A stretch of 64,000 nucleotides of DNA from Tubulanus polymorphus (lineage: Eukaryota; Animalia; Nemertea), in assembly GCF_964204645.1 (NCBI RefSeq), contig NC_134030.1:19676210-19740209 (forward strand). The letters run 5' to 3'. Position numbers and translations under genes: made by a program. Position 1 is the stretch's first letter, and each line of letters begins with the position of its first letter. The notes beneath the pieces are model-generated. The model was not told the DNA's origin. It made no database searches and saw nothing but the letters and a program-made list of their open reading frames with translations. Positions 48,680 to 61,691 of the stretch are shown in pieces.

Positions 48680-51600
48680 ATGGACATGTTAGATCCGACC
48701 CTCGATCATACCGGGTAAGATGGCATTTTATTTCGATTCGAATTGGAGACGAACCGAATTTGATTTGTTGGCAAATATAATAATGGCGGGCGACCGATAA
48801 CAGAACAGGCCCTTCCCCAAGTTAGCTCTCTCCTCCGACGCGACGCAGCAAAAAAAAAACAGTTTTAAAGTTAAACTTGGCTTACCTAACGCCTATATCG
48901 ACTCGTTTAGAACTGAAAACAAATTCTATTTACTGTCAGTCAGGCACTTATAAAATGTCTATTTTATTTTCGTCTAGCATCTAGATCTATTTTTGGGATC
49001 ATTATCTTAATAATTTTTTTTTTTTTAATCTCAAGTAGCCTATAGGATTTTTTATTGACTTAATCAAATCTTTAAATGATGTGTCCCCGATAACTAAGGC
49101 TCGTATCTTGATTTTCTCACGTTGAAAGGGGAAAAAGATCCGCTCCTCCTTATTTCCAAGATGACGTAATTTACCGAGATCGACCAAAAGATCAGAAATT
49201 TTCAGCAGTATCGATGAATTTGATTCTTAGGCTGCCAGACGAAAATCATCAAATGAGCCATCAGGGGTGGTTGCTCAAAAGTTGGTTAGAGTTAACCAGT
49301 GGATAGTTGATGAGGTGACATTGAAATTGAAATTTCATTGTTACTATGGTATTTTATGGCCAGTTATCTTAAACCAACTTTTGAGCAACTGGCCTAGGCC
49401 TATATCCATTCAGTACCTACCACACAATAGGCCTATGATTTCACTGAAAATTTTTTAAATAATTAGAAAATTTGACTCGAAATTGATAAGAATGTAGAAG
49501 AAATTGAAGAGCGGTAATAACCCAGTGCCACTGTTAGGCCTAGCTATCCTTGAGGGATTATCGCCGGATCCTCGCTTCCCTCAGTAGCCTCGCCGTTATA
49601 CCAATTACGTACATTTTTTTCGCCTAAACTTGCGTAAATATTTTGATCGATCCGTTTCGAAAGGGTTCTTACAGATCTGGAAATCCGAAATTCCCTGATA
49701 ATTCTCTGATTTTCCCTGACCCTTGACCAACAATTCCCTGAAAATTCCCCGATTTTTCCCTGACCTTAGACAGATAATTCCCCAATTTTTCCCTGACCCT
49801 TGACCAACAATTCCCTGATAATTCCCCGATTTTTCCCTGACCCTTGACCAATAATTCCCCGATTTTACCCTGACCCTTGACCAACAATTCCCTGATAATT
49901 CCCCGATTTTTCCCTGACCCTTGACCAATAATTCCCCGATTTTACCCTGACCCTTGACCAACAATTCCCTGATAATTCCCTGATTTTTCCCTGACCCTTG
50001 ACACCCAAAATTCCCTGATTTTCCCTGACCATTGACCAAAAATTCCCCGATCATCGCCACCAGCAGCAAAAACAAACGGGACGCCAAAAATTCAAATTTC
50101 CTGATTAGATTGCGAAACTTTCATATCATTTCTCTGTAATTGCAGGGATCCAGATGGAAAAGGCGATTCGCCCGGTCCTGAATCACACGTTCAATTACAC
50201 GGTGATTCAGTCGAAGGTATCGTATCGAACCACTGCAAGTATCGTATCCAGACAGTTTTACTACTTTTTTTTCCACTTGATTTTGTTTCATTTTTAGCCC
50301 ACTATGCGGGCTATTGCGTTCACTTTTCGTCCGTTCGTCCGTCCGTAGATGGAATCCAGTTATTTTGGGAAGTTTTGAGACGCTTCAATGTAATGTCTTG
50401 ATATTTGGGTTACACGTGTATCTACCTTCGATACATCTTCAGCCCAAAACTGGCCCTCTAAGATTCAAGATGGCCGACTGGCAGCCATTTTTGTTCGCCA
50501 AAATCAGCACTTTTTACACGTTTTTGAACTTTTTTAGGGAAATTTTGAAGATGCTTTGATCAATACCTTGATGGTTCATATATTTGAATTTCCCAGGGCC
50601 CATCGGCATAGCCTAACACAAATTGGGTCGATCGGACTCAAGATGGCCGTCCTATGACCTTTTAAGTGCCCAAAAATGTCAATTTTGGTCCGAATTCTGA
50701 CTCCTGTAGCATTCTACTGGTAAGTTTCAAGGTCATTGGTTTTTGTATATGGTCACCAGGGGGCGTTGAATATTGTAACTGTTCAATTGTTGAGCGTTTG
50801 AAACCACTTGGGCATGGTGTCCCTGGGACCCCTAGTTTATCGTCGTTTTGCGGAAATGACCTCGTTTATAGATTAATTCTCTTAACGCGCTTATACGCCT
50901 AATGCTCTGTGCGAATTGGGAGATCAAAAGTTTTTGTTAACGAAGTTGTTTCCGTGAGTTTACACCGTAATGCGGTGTACAAATCGCCGATGGACTTTTC
51001 GTAGTACGTCGCATCACGGTGTACTGATGTTATTAGTAATTTATTAGTTTTATCTCTATTGAAAGATGGCAGCACCTGTCAAACAAAGTGAAATATTAGT
51101 AATTAACGATACACTGGGTGTAGATTGCACTATTGTGATATTCGTGTTGTCCCGCGCACTGGGTTGGAATTTTTTTTAAAGTTTTTTCGAATCACCTAGC
51201 GCGTTTGGAATTTGATGGTGAAACTTAACAGGGGCGGATCTAGGAATATTGGAAAGCGGGGTACAAAAGAAAGAGCAGCCATATCAAAGGTCACTTCGGG
51301 CTGCCTTCAACTAGGGTTAGATTTTCTTGAAGAGATATCCCGAAAGATATGTATTTTCCAAGGGGATCAGTTTTCAATTTATAGGCTTCGTATGATAGTC
51401 TGTCTCGACAAAAAGGGCATGCGCTATGGGAAGGCAGTGGTTTGGGCACCCAAACAGCCCGTGTAGGGTGTAAGCACAAACCGGGCCTATGTCTATGAAT
51501 CGAGTTTAAAATGTATCGATAATTGTTTTGTAGATGCGGATGAAAGTCTCGTGGCCGGTCAATCAATCGCGTTAGATCCGACGACTAACATTCACTATCA

Positions 51601-54600
51601 ACTGCGGCCGGAACCTGGAAGTCAAGGTACGTTACTAAACTCGGCCCAGATTCGCGATAACTCTTACGGTCAAACTTTTATAGGCCTGCATCATTTGGAT
51701 TAACCCTTTCAGTGAGTCTACACCGTGGTGCGGCGTTGAATTCAGTTTATCTTAAATCGTTTTAGGCCTTTTATCCTTGTTGTGAATCTGAACTCGGCTA
51801 ATTAGTAATTGATTAGTCAGCACTGAAAGGGTTTTAAGTGTGTGTTCGTCGCGATTCTGTTGAATTCGTTTTGGATTGAAATTTTTTTTTTTCGCAATAT
51901 TTTTCTAGGTCAGGTAACGTACCGAGTTGTACAAGTGACACAGCCCCTGGAAGGCGGGGGAGATGCCACGCAGGTAACCATTACTTATAATTCATTTAAT
52001 CAAAATTTGAACTCGTAAATAAAGCCGCACGATATCAAGGGTTTTCTGCTTAAAAATTGGCTAGGCTTGATACGCAAATTATTAAAATGAAAAAATAGTT
52101 AATCGCTGGGGTTTAGTTCAAGCCTGGTATGTTGACTGGCTCAACTACGTTAATGTACTGTATCACGACGGGATACGAAAAATTATCTTCGAAATCGTAG
52201 GGTTCAAACAGGCACTATACTAAATAGAATTTATTTGAACTGACGAATAATTCAGTGATGGCAAGATTAGAATTCCGAATTGCGATATGTATTTATTAAA
52301 CAGGGATGGGTTCATTGCGGGCAGTGCAACTTGTGAATAGCGGCATATTTGAATAATCCTTTATATATGATATCCAAATCATGGTATTTGGAGCCATCCC
52401 TTTCTCCGGTGGGTAGCTCGGAATATAATCGAGCCGTCCTTTATACAGAGATGCTAGTTTTCCGGAAATATCCGGAATTCCGGAAATTTAGGATCGCCGA
52501 TGTCAATTCCGGAAATTCTGTGAGAATTCCTCGCGGCGACCTGTAATGGCACGGACCGCAAAAGCGTTCGTTTGCTTGTACTCGTCGTCGCTTCTGTGTT
52601 ATTTTATCTTGGTCTCCGTTTCCGAGGATGTTCTGCTACAATGTATATATGTGTGCTTGTGGTGGTATCTGTGCGTGCGTAGGCGGAGCGCCACTGTTGT
52701 GACGCCATTTCCAATTAATTTTACGCGCCGTTGTACATCGTCCCGCTGACGGCCAACAATGTGAAGATGCACGTGGTAATAATTAAGATGATATTTGATA
52801 AATATCATCTTAATTATAACCATGCGCGTGCTATGTCCTGAGGCACACAGCTTTGTAACTTTCTTTTTGCCTGCAGCTGTCAAGCGGGACGGTCTGCAAA
52901 ATGAGCACGCACGGAAAGATTGTCAGTCGGGAGTCGGCCGATATAAAGGCAATTGACAGCGGTATAAAAAATAAATTTAACTGGCACTGGCTAGAGTGTA
53001 AGGACAGTAACGGGGACTACTTATCGAACTACATTCGTAAGTTAGACTTAGCTGGCGTGGCGTACTGCGTCGTTTGTAAAGACCAGGTCAAATACGGTAG
53101 TGGTGGGAAAAAAGATATTCTTCGTCACCCGGATAGCGCGCGGCATAAGAAGGCAGCGAGGGATGTGAAGCACAACGAATGCCTGCCGTCGTATTTTCAG
53201 ATTGAAGATGCCGATCGTGATACTGCATCTCCGGTGATGCAAAAACGCAAAATTTTTCCTGGGGAGAATTTTTCTGACCCCCCGTTCTAAATTCCGGAAT
53301 TTTGGTACTTTGGCCCTAGCATCTCTGTTTATATATGATATCCAAATCATGGTATTTGGAGCCATCCCTTTCTCCGGTGGGTAGCTCGGAATATAATCGA
53401 GCCGTCCTATATATATGATATCCAAATCATGGTATTTGGGGCCATCCCTTTCTCCAGTGGGTAGCTCGGAATGTAATCGAAATGTAGCTATTTGGAGCCA
53501 TCCGTTTGTCTAGCGAGTGATTCTGAGAATATTCAGATCATGATCTAACGGTGGATGGAATGGTTATTTCAGGTGATCGCTAGTCCGTTCAGTAACGGTA
53601 ATTCGCCGACTGACGATTCTCAACCGGAAACGCGTTTTACGTATTTCCCGAACACGACGACGGCAGACGTCACTCAGGCTGCGGCCGACGTGGCAACGAT
53701 ACCGGTCGGGCAGGTCTCCGCTGCCGGGGGTACGTAACCTCTCTATCACTCCTTATGACATCATTAACACTTTCAGTGCATCTACACCGCAGTGCGGTGT
53801 ATAAATCAGTGATAGATTTTGCTAGTACACCGCGGTGCGGTGTATTGATGTACTTAGTAATTATCTATCTTGAAAAATGGCAGCACCTGTCAAACAGTGA
53901 AATATTAGTAACTAATGATACACCGGACTGCAGTGTAGATGCACTATAGTGGTATTCCCTTTATTCAACACACTAGGGTGGAATTTTTTAAAATTTTCAA
54001 ATTATCTCTAGCATTATAGGGTATTAATTAGTCAGCACTGAAAGGGTTAAATCGTCTAAATATAAGGCGGCGCATTATACCCTACAACTACATTAAATAT
54101 CTTTAAACCCGTTCAGAAAGTTTATGAAGAACCCTCCCAGAAGAGAAGGTCGTCAGCATGATTCCCCATATGACATCATCAATTTGCTGTATCGGCCCAT
54201 TCAAAAGAGACGGCTGTCGGTAAATGCCCTCATGACATCATGAAATTGATCCATTTCAGCAACTTTCAGCAAAGAAAAAATGGCTGTTATCATGATTCCA
54301 CCTATGATGTCAACAATGTTCTATCTTTGCTTTCAAAAATGATTTAGCGTCTCTATAGACCCTCACTAGAAATATGGCTGCCTGTATAAATCTCCCAATG
54401 ACATCATCAAATTGCTGTATAGACCCTTTTAGAAAATATGGCTACCTGTGTAAAATCTCCCAATGACATCATCAAATTGCTGTATTGACCCTTTTAGAAA
54501 ATATGGCTGCCTGTGTAAAATCTCCCAATGACATCATCAAATTGAAAAGATGGCTGCCTACATAAAACCCTCATTCACTGTCCGTGTTTTGAAAGTTTTC

Positions 54601-57258
54601 TGTTTATTTATGTTTTCGAACGTTAGGACAGTTCTACGTGATGATGTCACCGCCCGACGTGCTACAAGGTCCGTCCCGTTCGATAGCCCCGCGTACGCAT
54701 TCTTACACCCCGAAAATGGAAGGAGCTCGAACGACGCGCGACGAGAGACGACGAGCTACTCATAATGAAGGTAAACCAATTTACAAACCTGTTTCCGAAT
54801 TACCCTATTCAGGGTTTCCAGCCGTCCTTTCAAGTCCTTCTTTGTCCTTCTTTCGGAAAAAGTTTGGACAAACATCATCTTTGTCCTTCTTTTTGACTCT
54901 AAGACCTTCCTTTTGATAAAAAAAGTCCTTCCAAATTTAATTTTTACCTTCATGACTACGTCAATATTGTCAAAATGCTCCCTTATGGGCCCTCATTTAA
55001 CTGGAAAATACCTCTTTCCGAGTCACGTCCATCTTTTTGGGTCTAAAATTGCCGAAAAAGTCCTTCGAAGTACTTCTTTTTATCCTTGCCTTACCGCTGG
55101 AAACCCTGCTATTACATCATTGAATTACCCAATAATTTTCTCTATATTCTTATGACATCACCTAATTTATTACCGTAATAGGCCTTTCTAGATAATATGG
55201 CTCCGTGTGTTTTCGCCGGATAGTCGCTTACCAGAAAATGAGGGACAAGTTTGGGAGTTTTCTTTTAAAGAAAACTCGCGCAATTTCGTAAGCGATGTAG
55301 AAATCAGGGAAAAGTGGGGGAAATTTCGCTGAGATTGTTAGATCATACGTACCGTAAAAACCGGCGTATAAGTCTACGCGGCGTATAAGTCGAGGTCGAT
55401 TTTTAGACTTACATTTCATGATTTTAACATATATCCGGCTTATAAGTCGAGTCCCTTCTTTTAGAAGAATATAAATTACTTGTGTCATTATATTGAATAG
55501 TTTGTTTCGATAACGTGCGCGAAGGAGTGAGAAGATGAACACTGTCTTTTTTGTCTGGTAGAATCGATATTTCTTGTGACCTGAAAATACTTAGTAGAAA
55601 ACTGCACTCGGCGTATAAGTCGAGGTCAATAATTTAGTGGTGAAATCGAGGATTAAAAACTCGACTTATACACCGGTTTTTACGGTATCTATCATCAAAC
55701 AGTTTCCATCTTTGTCATACGACTGACTGTGTTAACTGATTGGATTCTAACCAACCAGATCAAGTCAGGGAAACCAACTTACATGTCAGGGAATAGTCAG
55801 GGGAAAAGCTAATAAAAGTGACCGCCCTGTACCCTTATAACGTGAATAAAATGGATCTATAGACCCTTTATGAGGAGATGGCTGCCTCCATTAATCTCCC
55901 TATGACATCATTGAAATGATCTACCTATATAGCTGGCATAACTACGTGGTAGAATGCTATAATACTTCCATGGATTATTAGAGTGATTACGCTGACGGCC
56001 GCTACGTGTACCTCAGATGGATTATTAGAATGTTTACGGTGATTATTTACAGTCGAACGCCGACGTCGGGATAAAATCAATAACTGGATCGTACAATTGT
56101 CGAAACTGGTTCCCGATTGCGCCGCGGAGCTGAAACAGGGAGGAATCAGAAATTCGGAGGTAGGCATCATCGAAAGGCCCGCTATCATTCCCCGAGTGGT
56201 AGCCTAGCTCTGCCAATTTTAGTCGTTCAAACCTGATATAGAATGGGACCAGCACAGATCTGGGTTTTTGAACTAGAATTTTGGTTTTTAATCCATTTTG
56301 TACTGTATTGAACAACAATTGCAAAGAAGTCTTAAAATGGGACCTTGCATCATAGAAAAGAGACCGTTTTCTGAAATGAATCGAGTTAAACAATATGTTT
56401 CCATGCCTACCGATTGAAGTTTTTGCAAATCATCTAAAATTGTGTGTGTCTGTAGGCATGGAAACTACGGAAACATGTTAACCCTTTCCGTGCTGACTTA
56501 TTAATACCCTATAGTGCTTGAGAAAATGCGAAAATTTGGGAAAATTCCACCCTAGTGTGTTGAATAACGGGAATAGCACTATAATGCGTCTACACCGCGG
56601 CGCGGTGTATCAGTTACTTATATTTCACTATGTTTGACAGGTGCTGCCATCTTTCAAGAGAAGTAATTACTAATTAAATCAATACAGTGCAGCGCAGTGT
56701 ACTAGCGAAATCCATCACCGATTTTTACACCGCACTGCGGTGTAGATGCACTGAAAGGGTTAAACTTTCAAATTGTGGAGCCATTTTTCTTTATTCTATC
56801 CCATTCGAAGAAGAATTCTTGGTAATCCGATACAGTGTGAAATTGATTTGAAATCAAAGTTTTAGTTCTGCTAACATTTAGCTTCAGTTGTGCTGGTCTA
56901 GTAAAGATGTATATTAGATATGTGCCCCCAAAACAGACCGGGCTAGGCCATCTGACTCGCTCTCGAGTAAAGTCGAAATCGACTTCGTTTGATATTCATA
57001 TTTTTCGTCGCGTTTCGTCGTTTTCAGAGTAAAGGAGGGATCCTATCGAAGGCTTGCGATTACATCCTCGAACTGCGCCAAACGAACAATTCGCTCGCCG
57101 AGAGCCTGAAGGAGACCGAGCGGTTGCGCGTCGACGGCGAACTGCTGCGGCAACAATGCGAGGAGTTGAAACAGGAGAACGCGTTGCTACGCACGCAGTT
57201 ACAACAGCACGGCATCGTGCCGGCCGAGATCACCGGAACGACGGGATCGGTGTCTTAA
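48680..57258 (+). CDS. USF: Upstream stimulatory factor (bHLH-LZ transcription factor, USF1/USF2 family), 300 aa, 8 exons
   Basis: Exons 48680-48714 (MDMLDPTLDHT), 50146-50216, 51534-51626, 51909-51973 (QVTYRVVQV), 53573-53729 (PFSNGNSP...RFTYFP), 54627-54770 (USR: QFYVMMSP...RSIAPRTH; RDERRRATHNE), 56053-56159 (VERRRRDKINNWIVQLSKLVPDC), 57028-57258 (SKGGILSKACDYI + zipper). Total 903 nt, all GT-AG, phases consistent. Confidence 0.93.
49690..50050. repeat. Tandem repeat (TTCCCTGACCCTTGACCAAYAATTCCC core, 33-44-bp units) in USF intron 1
   Basis: About 9 degenerate copies; produces spurious ORFs within 49605-50087. Confidence 0.85.
52362..53480. repeat. About 79-bp tandem repeat (3 copies) interrupted by a hAT-like element
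   Basis: TATATATGATATCCAAATCATGGTATTTGGAGCCATCCC... at about 52362, 53330 and 53410. Confidence 0.85.
52446..53327 (+). mobile_element. Internally deleted hAT-like DNA transposon (882 bp) with the N-terminal zinc finger of a transposase (ORF 52901-53290), 6-bp TSD TTTATA
   Basis: Perfect 12-bp TIR CAGAGATGCTAG/CTAGCATCTCTG. ORF has KNKFNWHW...CVVC-x16-H-x5-H, a BED/TTF-like finger typical of hAT transposase N-termini. No catalytic domain. Confidence 0.78.
53768..54046. mobile_element. piggyBac-like MITE, TTAA on both sides
   Basis: TTAA|CACTTTCAGTGC...GCACTGAAAGGG|TTAA. Confidence 0.82.
54810..55108. mobile_element. hAT-like MITE with 5-bp TSD CTATT
   Basis: CTATT|CAGGGTTTCCAGC...GCTGGAAACCCTG|CTATT. 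Confidence 0.8.
55352..55686. mobile_element. Tc2/pogo-like MITE, TA TSD
   Basis: TA|CCGTAAAAACCGGCGTATAAGTC...GACTTATACACCGGTTTTTACGG|TA. Confidence 0.78.
56482..56759. mobile_element. piggyBac-like MITE, TTAA on both sides
   Basis: TTAA|CCCTTTCCGTGC...GCACTGAAAGGG|TTAA. Confidence 0.82.
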
Positions 57259-57459
57259 TACCGGCGCCGACCCGGATATAGGATTTATAATGACTGATTA
57301 TAGAGGGCAGCACTGTCGTCGTCGTACATACGCCGGATAAAGCAGCGGTATTAATCGCGAGCGGTTGGTTTGCGAGGGTTAATGATCGTGTGTGAAAGTG
57401 TTGTATAGTGATACCCTACGCGATATCACGGTCTGTAGTGTAAACCATCGGGCAGTTTT

Positions 57460-57752
57460 CAGGGGCGGATCCGAGGGCATGTTGTGACCGTGTCGACCAA
57501 TAAAAATGGCGTATATTCTTAATTTAGGGCGGAAAGGCATATCGGCAAAATTTTTGAAATTTTACTATCATTTTAGAGCTTTCCGAGCATCTTTCAGAGG
57601 CATTTAGTCAAGAAACCTAGGTTATATATTTAGGAAAAATATCTATTGTGTGTCTCAGGTGGTTACAACGGCAAATTTTGATACAGAGAAAAAATAAAAA
57701 GGCACTTTAAAATTCCGACCATGTTCGGCGACACGGTCTTAATCCGCCCCTG
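57460..57752. mobile_element. hAT-like MITE with 5-bp TSD GTTTT
   Basis: GTTTT|CAGGGGCGGAT...ATCCGCCCCTG|GTTTT. Confidence 0.7.
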
Positions 57753-59957
57753 GTTTTTCGAGACACTGTTAAGGTCTGTGGGGTTTTTGTACTGTTAGTA
57801 GACACTTTAAGGCTCTCGGTATCCTGTGATACATTTCTTACCCTTTATTAGGGTCAGTAGTGACCTTTTAGGGCCTTTAGGGTCTTTCAATATCCTATAG
57901 ATCGTTAAAGGGTAAGTAGCTACCTTGTATATCCTGAATAAGTGTCTCTTAAAGACGTTTTGAGGGTCCGTTAATATTCTCTTGGTACCGTGTAGAGAAC
58001 TTAGGGGTCTGTCTATACCCTATCGACCATCTTTCAATAATGGATGGGTTTTGGTTCTCTGACAGACAGGGGCTGGTGCGGGAAAACCCTGATGGTGTGG
58101 TTAACACCATCAGCATCATCAATGGGCGCAGGATAACCCTGTTAGCTAACCATTGTCTTTGTGTGGCCTCTTGTTTTAAGCTTTTTAGCCTTACCACGGA
58201 AAAGCCACTTACCACGGTTACAGTAACAAGGTTTTCCTTGCGCCTGACCCAGTTTTATAAGGTTTTCCTCAGAAACAATGCCTGTAAATTCCATAAGGGT
58301 CTGCGATCATCTTTATGGGTATTTTCTGTAGGTACCCTAGAGAATAGATAGTACATGTCCAGGTAGCTACATTACAATATCAAAATACCCTTCATAAATG
58401 AAGTGTCTACCAATTCTGTAACTCAGGTGCCCCTGGGCAGCATCGGGGCTGAAACAATCCCGCACCCAACGCGTCATAGCACTGGGGGGGTCATCATTCA
58501 TAGAGGACATTTACGCTAGATTAAGCAGATTTAAAGACCGCTTTGTACGCGATTTTAAATAACCAACTGCCTGGTTCAGACACTAGTTGTGGAAATTTGT
58601 GAAATTGACATTAAACAAGGTCCCTACGACTCCTTGATTCCTCAAAATGTAAAACGCTTTTAAAGGGGCTTGAATCTCCTTTTATTTGAGTAAAATGCCT
58701 GAAACTGCTTTAAAACTCCTTCAGTTTTGAATAATAGACAATTAAAAATCTTTTCAAAAGACTACGCCTGGCATTTAGGCGTAGTCAGTCAGTCAGTGTA
58801 ATTAGGATAGGAAAGTGATCCCCCTTGCTTCCTCGAAATTTGAAACTCTTCGAAAAACTACTTTTATCCGGGAATGACTGATCTGTAGGGACCCTGTCGA
58901 AACTTTCTATGAAAGTTTGAAGAATGAATTCGACGTCGGGGCTATTTTTCCAAATCTAGCTTCGTACGGTAAACAGGATCTGATTTTACGGCTCACGGTT
59001 GAGATTTGACTCGAGAGTTAAACCCCTTCAGTGCGGTGTATGAATCGGCGATGGATACTTCTAGTACGTCGCATTGCGGTGTATTGATGCAATAATTAGT
59101 AATACCTGTCAAATATACCGTAATGAAATATTAGCTACTTACGATACACCGCCTCACGGTGTAGATGCACAAAAAAGAAAGTTGTATAATGATCATACCG
59201 CCATTTGCGCATCTGCACCTTGGTGCGTTGTATTGAACATACTTGGATGGAATTTTTTTCAAATTTCGAATATCATCTCCAGCACTCTGACGTATTGATT
59301 AGTCTGCACTGAAAATGAACTGATTCAGACTATAGGCCGAAATCAGTTCTCGGTTTGAAAGTTGGTTAAAGATAACCGATGGATAAATAACATAGTAACA
59401 ATGAAGTTTTAATTGTCACTTTGTCAACTATCCGCTGGTTAACTGTAACCAACCTTTGAGCAACCGGCCCCCGTATTTTCATTTAACCGATTTTGACTGT
59501 CGAGTCTGGGTATTCATCGAGCGGGTTATACTCACGAGTCAAATTAATCTGGAGCCGTGGAGGAACTGGGTCACATAGATATATAAATAGATATTTTTCA
59601 AAGACTGTCATGGAGCAATGAATTGGTTGTACGTAGTTAAGTTTTGACGGTGTAAATAATGAACATACAGTTATTATTTCATATAAAATTTCGCCTGAAA
59701 ATATGCTGAATTTCATTTTTCATCTCATTCAAGTTTTAACTTAAGTTAATAATTCAGGATAAACATATTGGAAATGAGTTGATTTCAATTCGATGGTGGA
59801 ATCGAGCGACTGCAAAACCGGGTCGAAAGATTATAGATGAATTGTAACTGTTAATCGATTAATTATCTAGATTTTGAAGTGTAGTTACTCACAGATTTGC
59901 ATTATGAAGTTACCGGTACCTTTTATTGTCAGTAGCATTTAAATGCCCCCTCAAGCA

Positions 59958-60216
59958 CATCCTCGCTTGCCAGGGTTTGATTACCTCCTGACGAAGCACG
60001 AACCCTAGCCGACATTGTCCATGATATCTTGGGCAGACAGTTAGTCGCTATGCGGCGGACACCAGTCTATGTTTTTCACCGGCAGATCAGCATCTGATGG
60101 GCCAGATATATGCCTGGTGGCCGCTAAGCCGTAAATAATAATGAAGGGTTTGCGGCCAGGGTTTGTATTGGCGTGACCTCCAGCGGGCGGCAATCAAACC
60201 CTGGCAAGCGAGGATG
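59958..60216. mobile_element. MITE with perfect 25-bp TIR (CATCCTCGCTTGCCAGGGTTTGATT), about 8-bp TSD CTCAAGC(A/G)
   Basis: Same left terminus as the 17475/25484 family but a different interior. Confidence 0.82.
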
Positions 60217-60506
60217 CTCAAGCGATGTTAGTATACATTTTGAATATCCCGGTATATGTTGTAAATAGACGAAGAAGAAATAAGTATAGATTTATGGCTT
60301 TAATCGAGGGTATTTCGACCTTCCCTGATTCTGAACTCACCGAAGTTTATTTCCGGATCGACACTACCGAGTTCACTGATTCTTTCCACTCAGTGAAATA
60401 CTTACAGCAGTCTTAATGGATTATCCGACTACTCCGGTACCTAAGTCTGGTCAAGAGATACTGATAATTTGAAAACAAAATTTTTAGATGGAGCTTCAGC
60501 CCTTAA

Positions 60507-60777
60507 CCCTTTCAGTGCGTCTACACCGCAGTGCGGTGTGTAAATCAGTGATAGATTTTGCTAGTACATCGCACTGTGGTGTATTGATGTAATTAGTAAT
60601 TATCTCTCTTGAAAAATGGCAGCACGTGTCAAACACTAGTAACTAACGATACACCGCGCTGCAGTGTAAACGCACTATAGTGGTATTCCCGTTGTTCAAC
60701 ACACTAGGGTGGAATTTTTTAGAATTTTCAAGTTATCTCCAGCACTATAGGGTATTTATTAGTCAGCGCGGAAAGGG
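60507..60777. mobile_element. piggyBac-like MITE, TTAA on both sides
   Basis: TTAA|CCCTTTCAGTGC...GGAAAGGG|TTAA. Confidence 0.82.
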
Positions 60778-61398
60778 TTAACTGGTAGATACGTCTTGTT
60801 ACACGCATGACTTGAGTAAAGTGACGAGTGAGAGGACGCCGAATCTAGAAACGGTTAGAGTGTGTAAAATTGGTCGGTCTAATGCTTGCCTTGTTCTGGC
60901 GTGCATGTTCCGATCTGTCACTCTCAACTCAGGGCAAATTTTATACTTAAATAATGATTGAATAGATAAACCACCGACTTTGAGACGTTCTTCTAGCAGT
61001 TAACCCTTTTAGTGCGTGTACACTGCAGTGCGGTGTATTGATGTCATTAGTAATTGGATTTTGTCTGTATTGTAAGATGGCAGCACCCGTCGAAAATAGT
61101 GAAATTTCTTAATTGTATGTTGTCCCTCTGATAACTGTAATGGGTTTGCGTGTAAATAAAATTGAATTGAAATATCGGTAACTAACGATACACGGCACTG
61201 CAGTGTAGACGCACTATAGCGCAGCCCCGTTATACAACGCTCTCGGGTGTTTACTAATCAGCGCTGAAAGGGTTCTATTCGGTTTTAAGTCTATTATTAC
61301 CAGTAGAGACATTTCATAAACAATAAGCACGTATGTAATGTAAGTGATCCATGTTCTATGTTCGTTTCGCATCTCAGATCCTCAGTCCATCCATTATT

Positions 61399-61691
61399 CA
61401 TGGTTCCCACAGTTATGTGAATTCGAAATTCCCAAGTTTTTCCCAAGTATTTCATGGGTGATTTTTGCAATCTTCCCAAATGCAAATGAACACATATCGT
61501 CATGCTACAGTCAAGTGAAATTGCTGTAGACAGTTACCTTCGGCAAATGCAATATGTGAAATGTAATGAATTTCTCAAATATTTCCCCGATATAGGGAAA
61601 ATTTTTCAAATTCCCAAATATTTCCAAACCTGGAATTATCATTTCAAAATTCCCAAGTTTTTCCCAATTTCCCTGTTCTGTGGGAACCATG
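61399..61691. mobile_element. MITE with 6-bp TSD ATTATT
   Basis: ATTATT|CATGGTTCCCACAG...CTGTGGGAACCATG|ATTATT (14-bp perfect TIR). Confidence 0.75.

Noticed and set aside
49605-50087. 160-aa ORF with a signal-peptide-like start and Gly/Lys-rich repeats
   Set aside because: Antisense translation of a tandem repeat in USF intron 1; repeat units drift between frames and the start is non-ATG.
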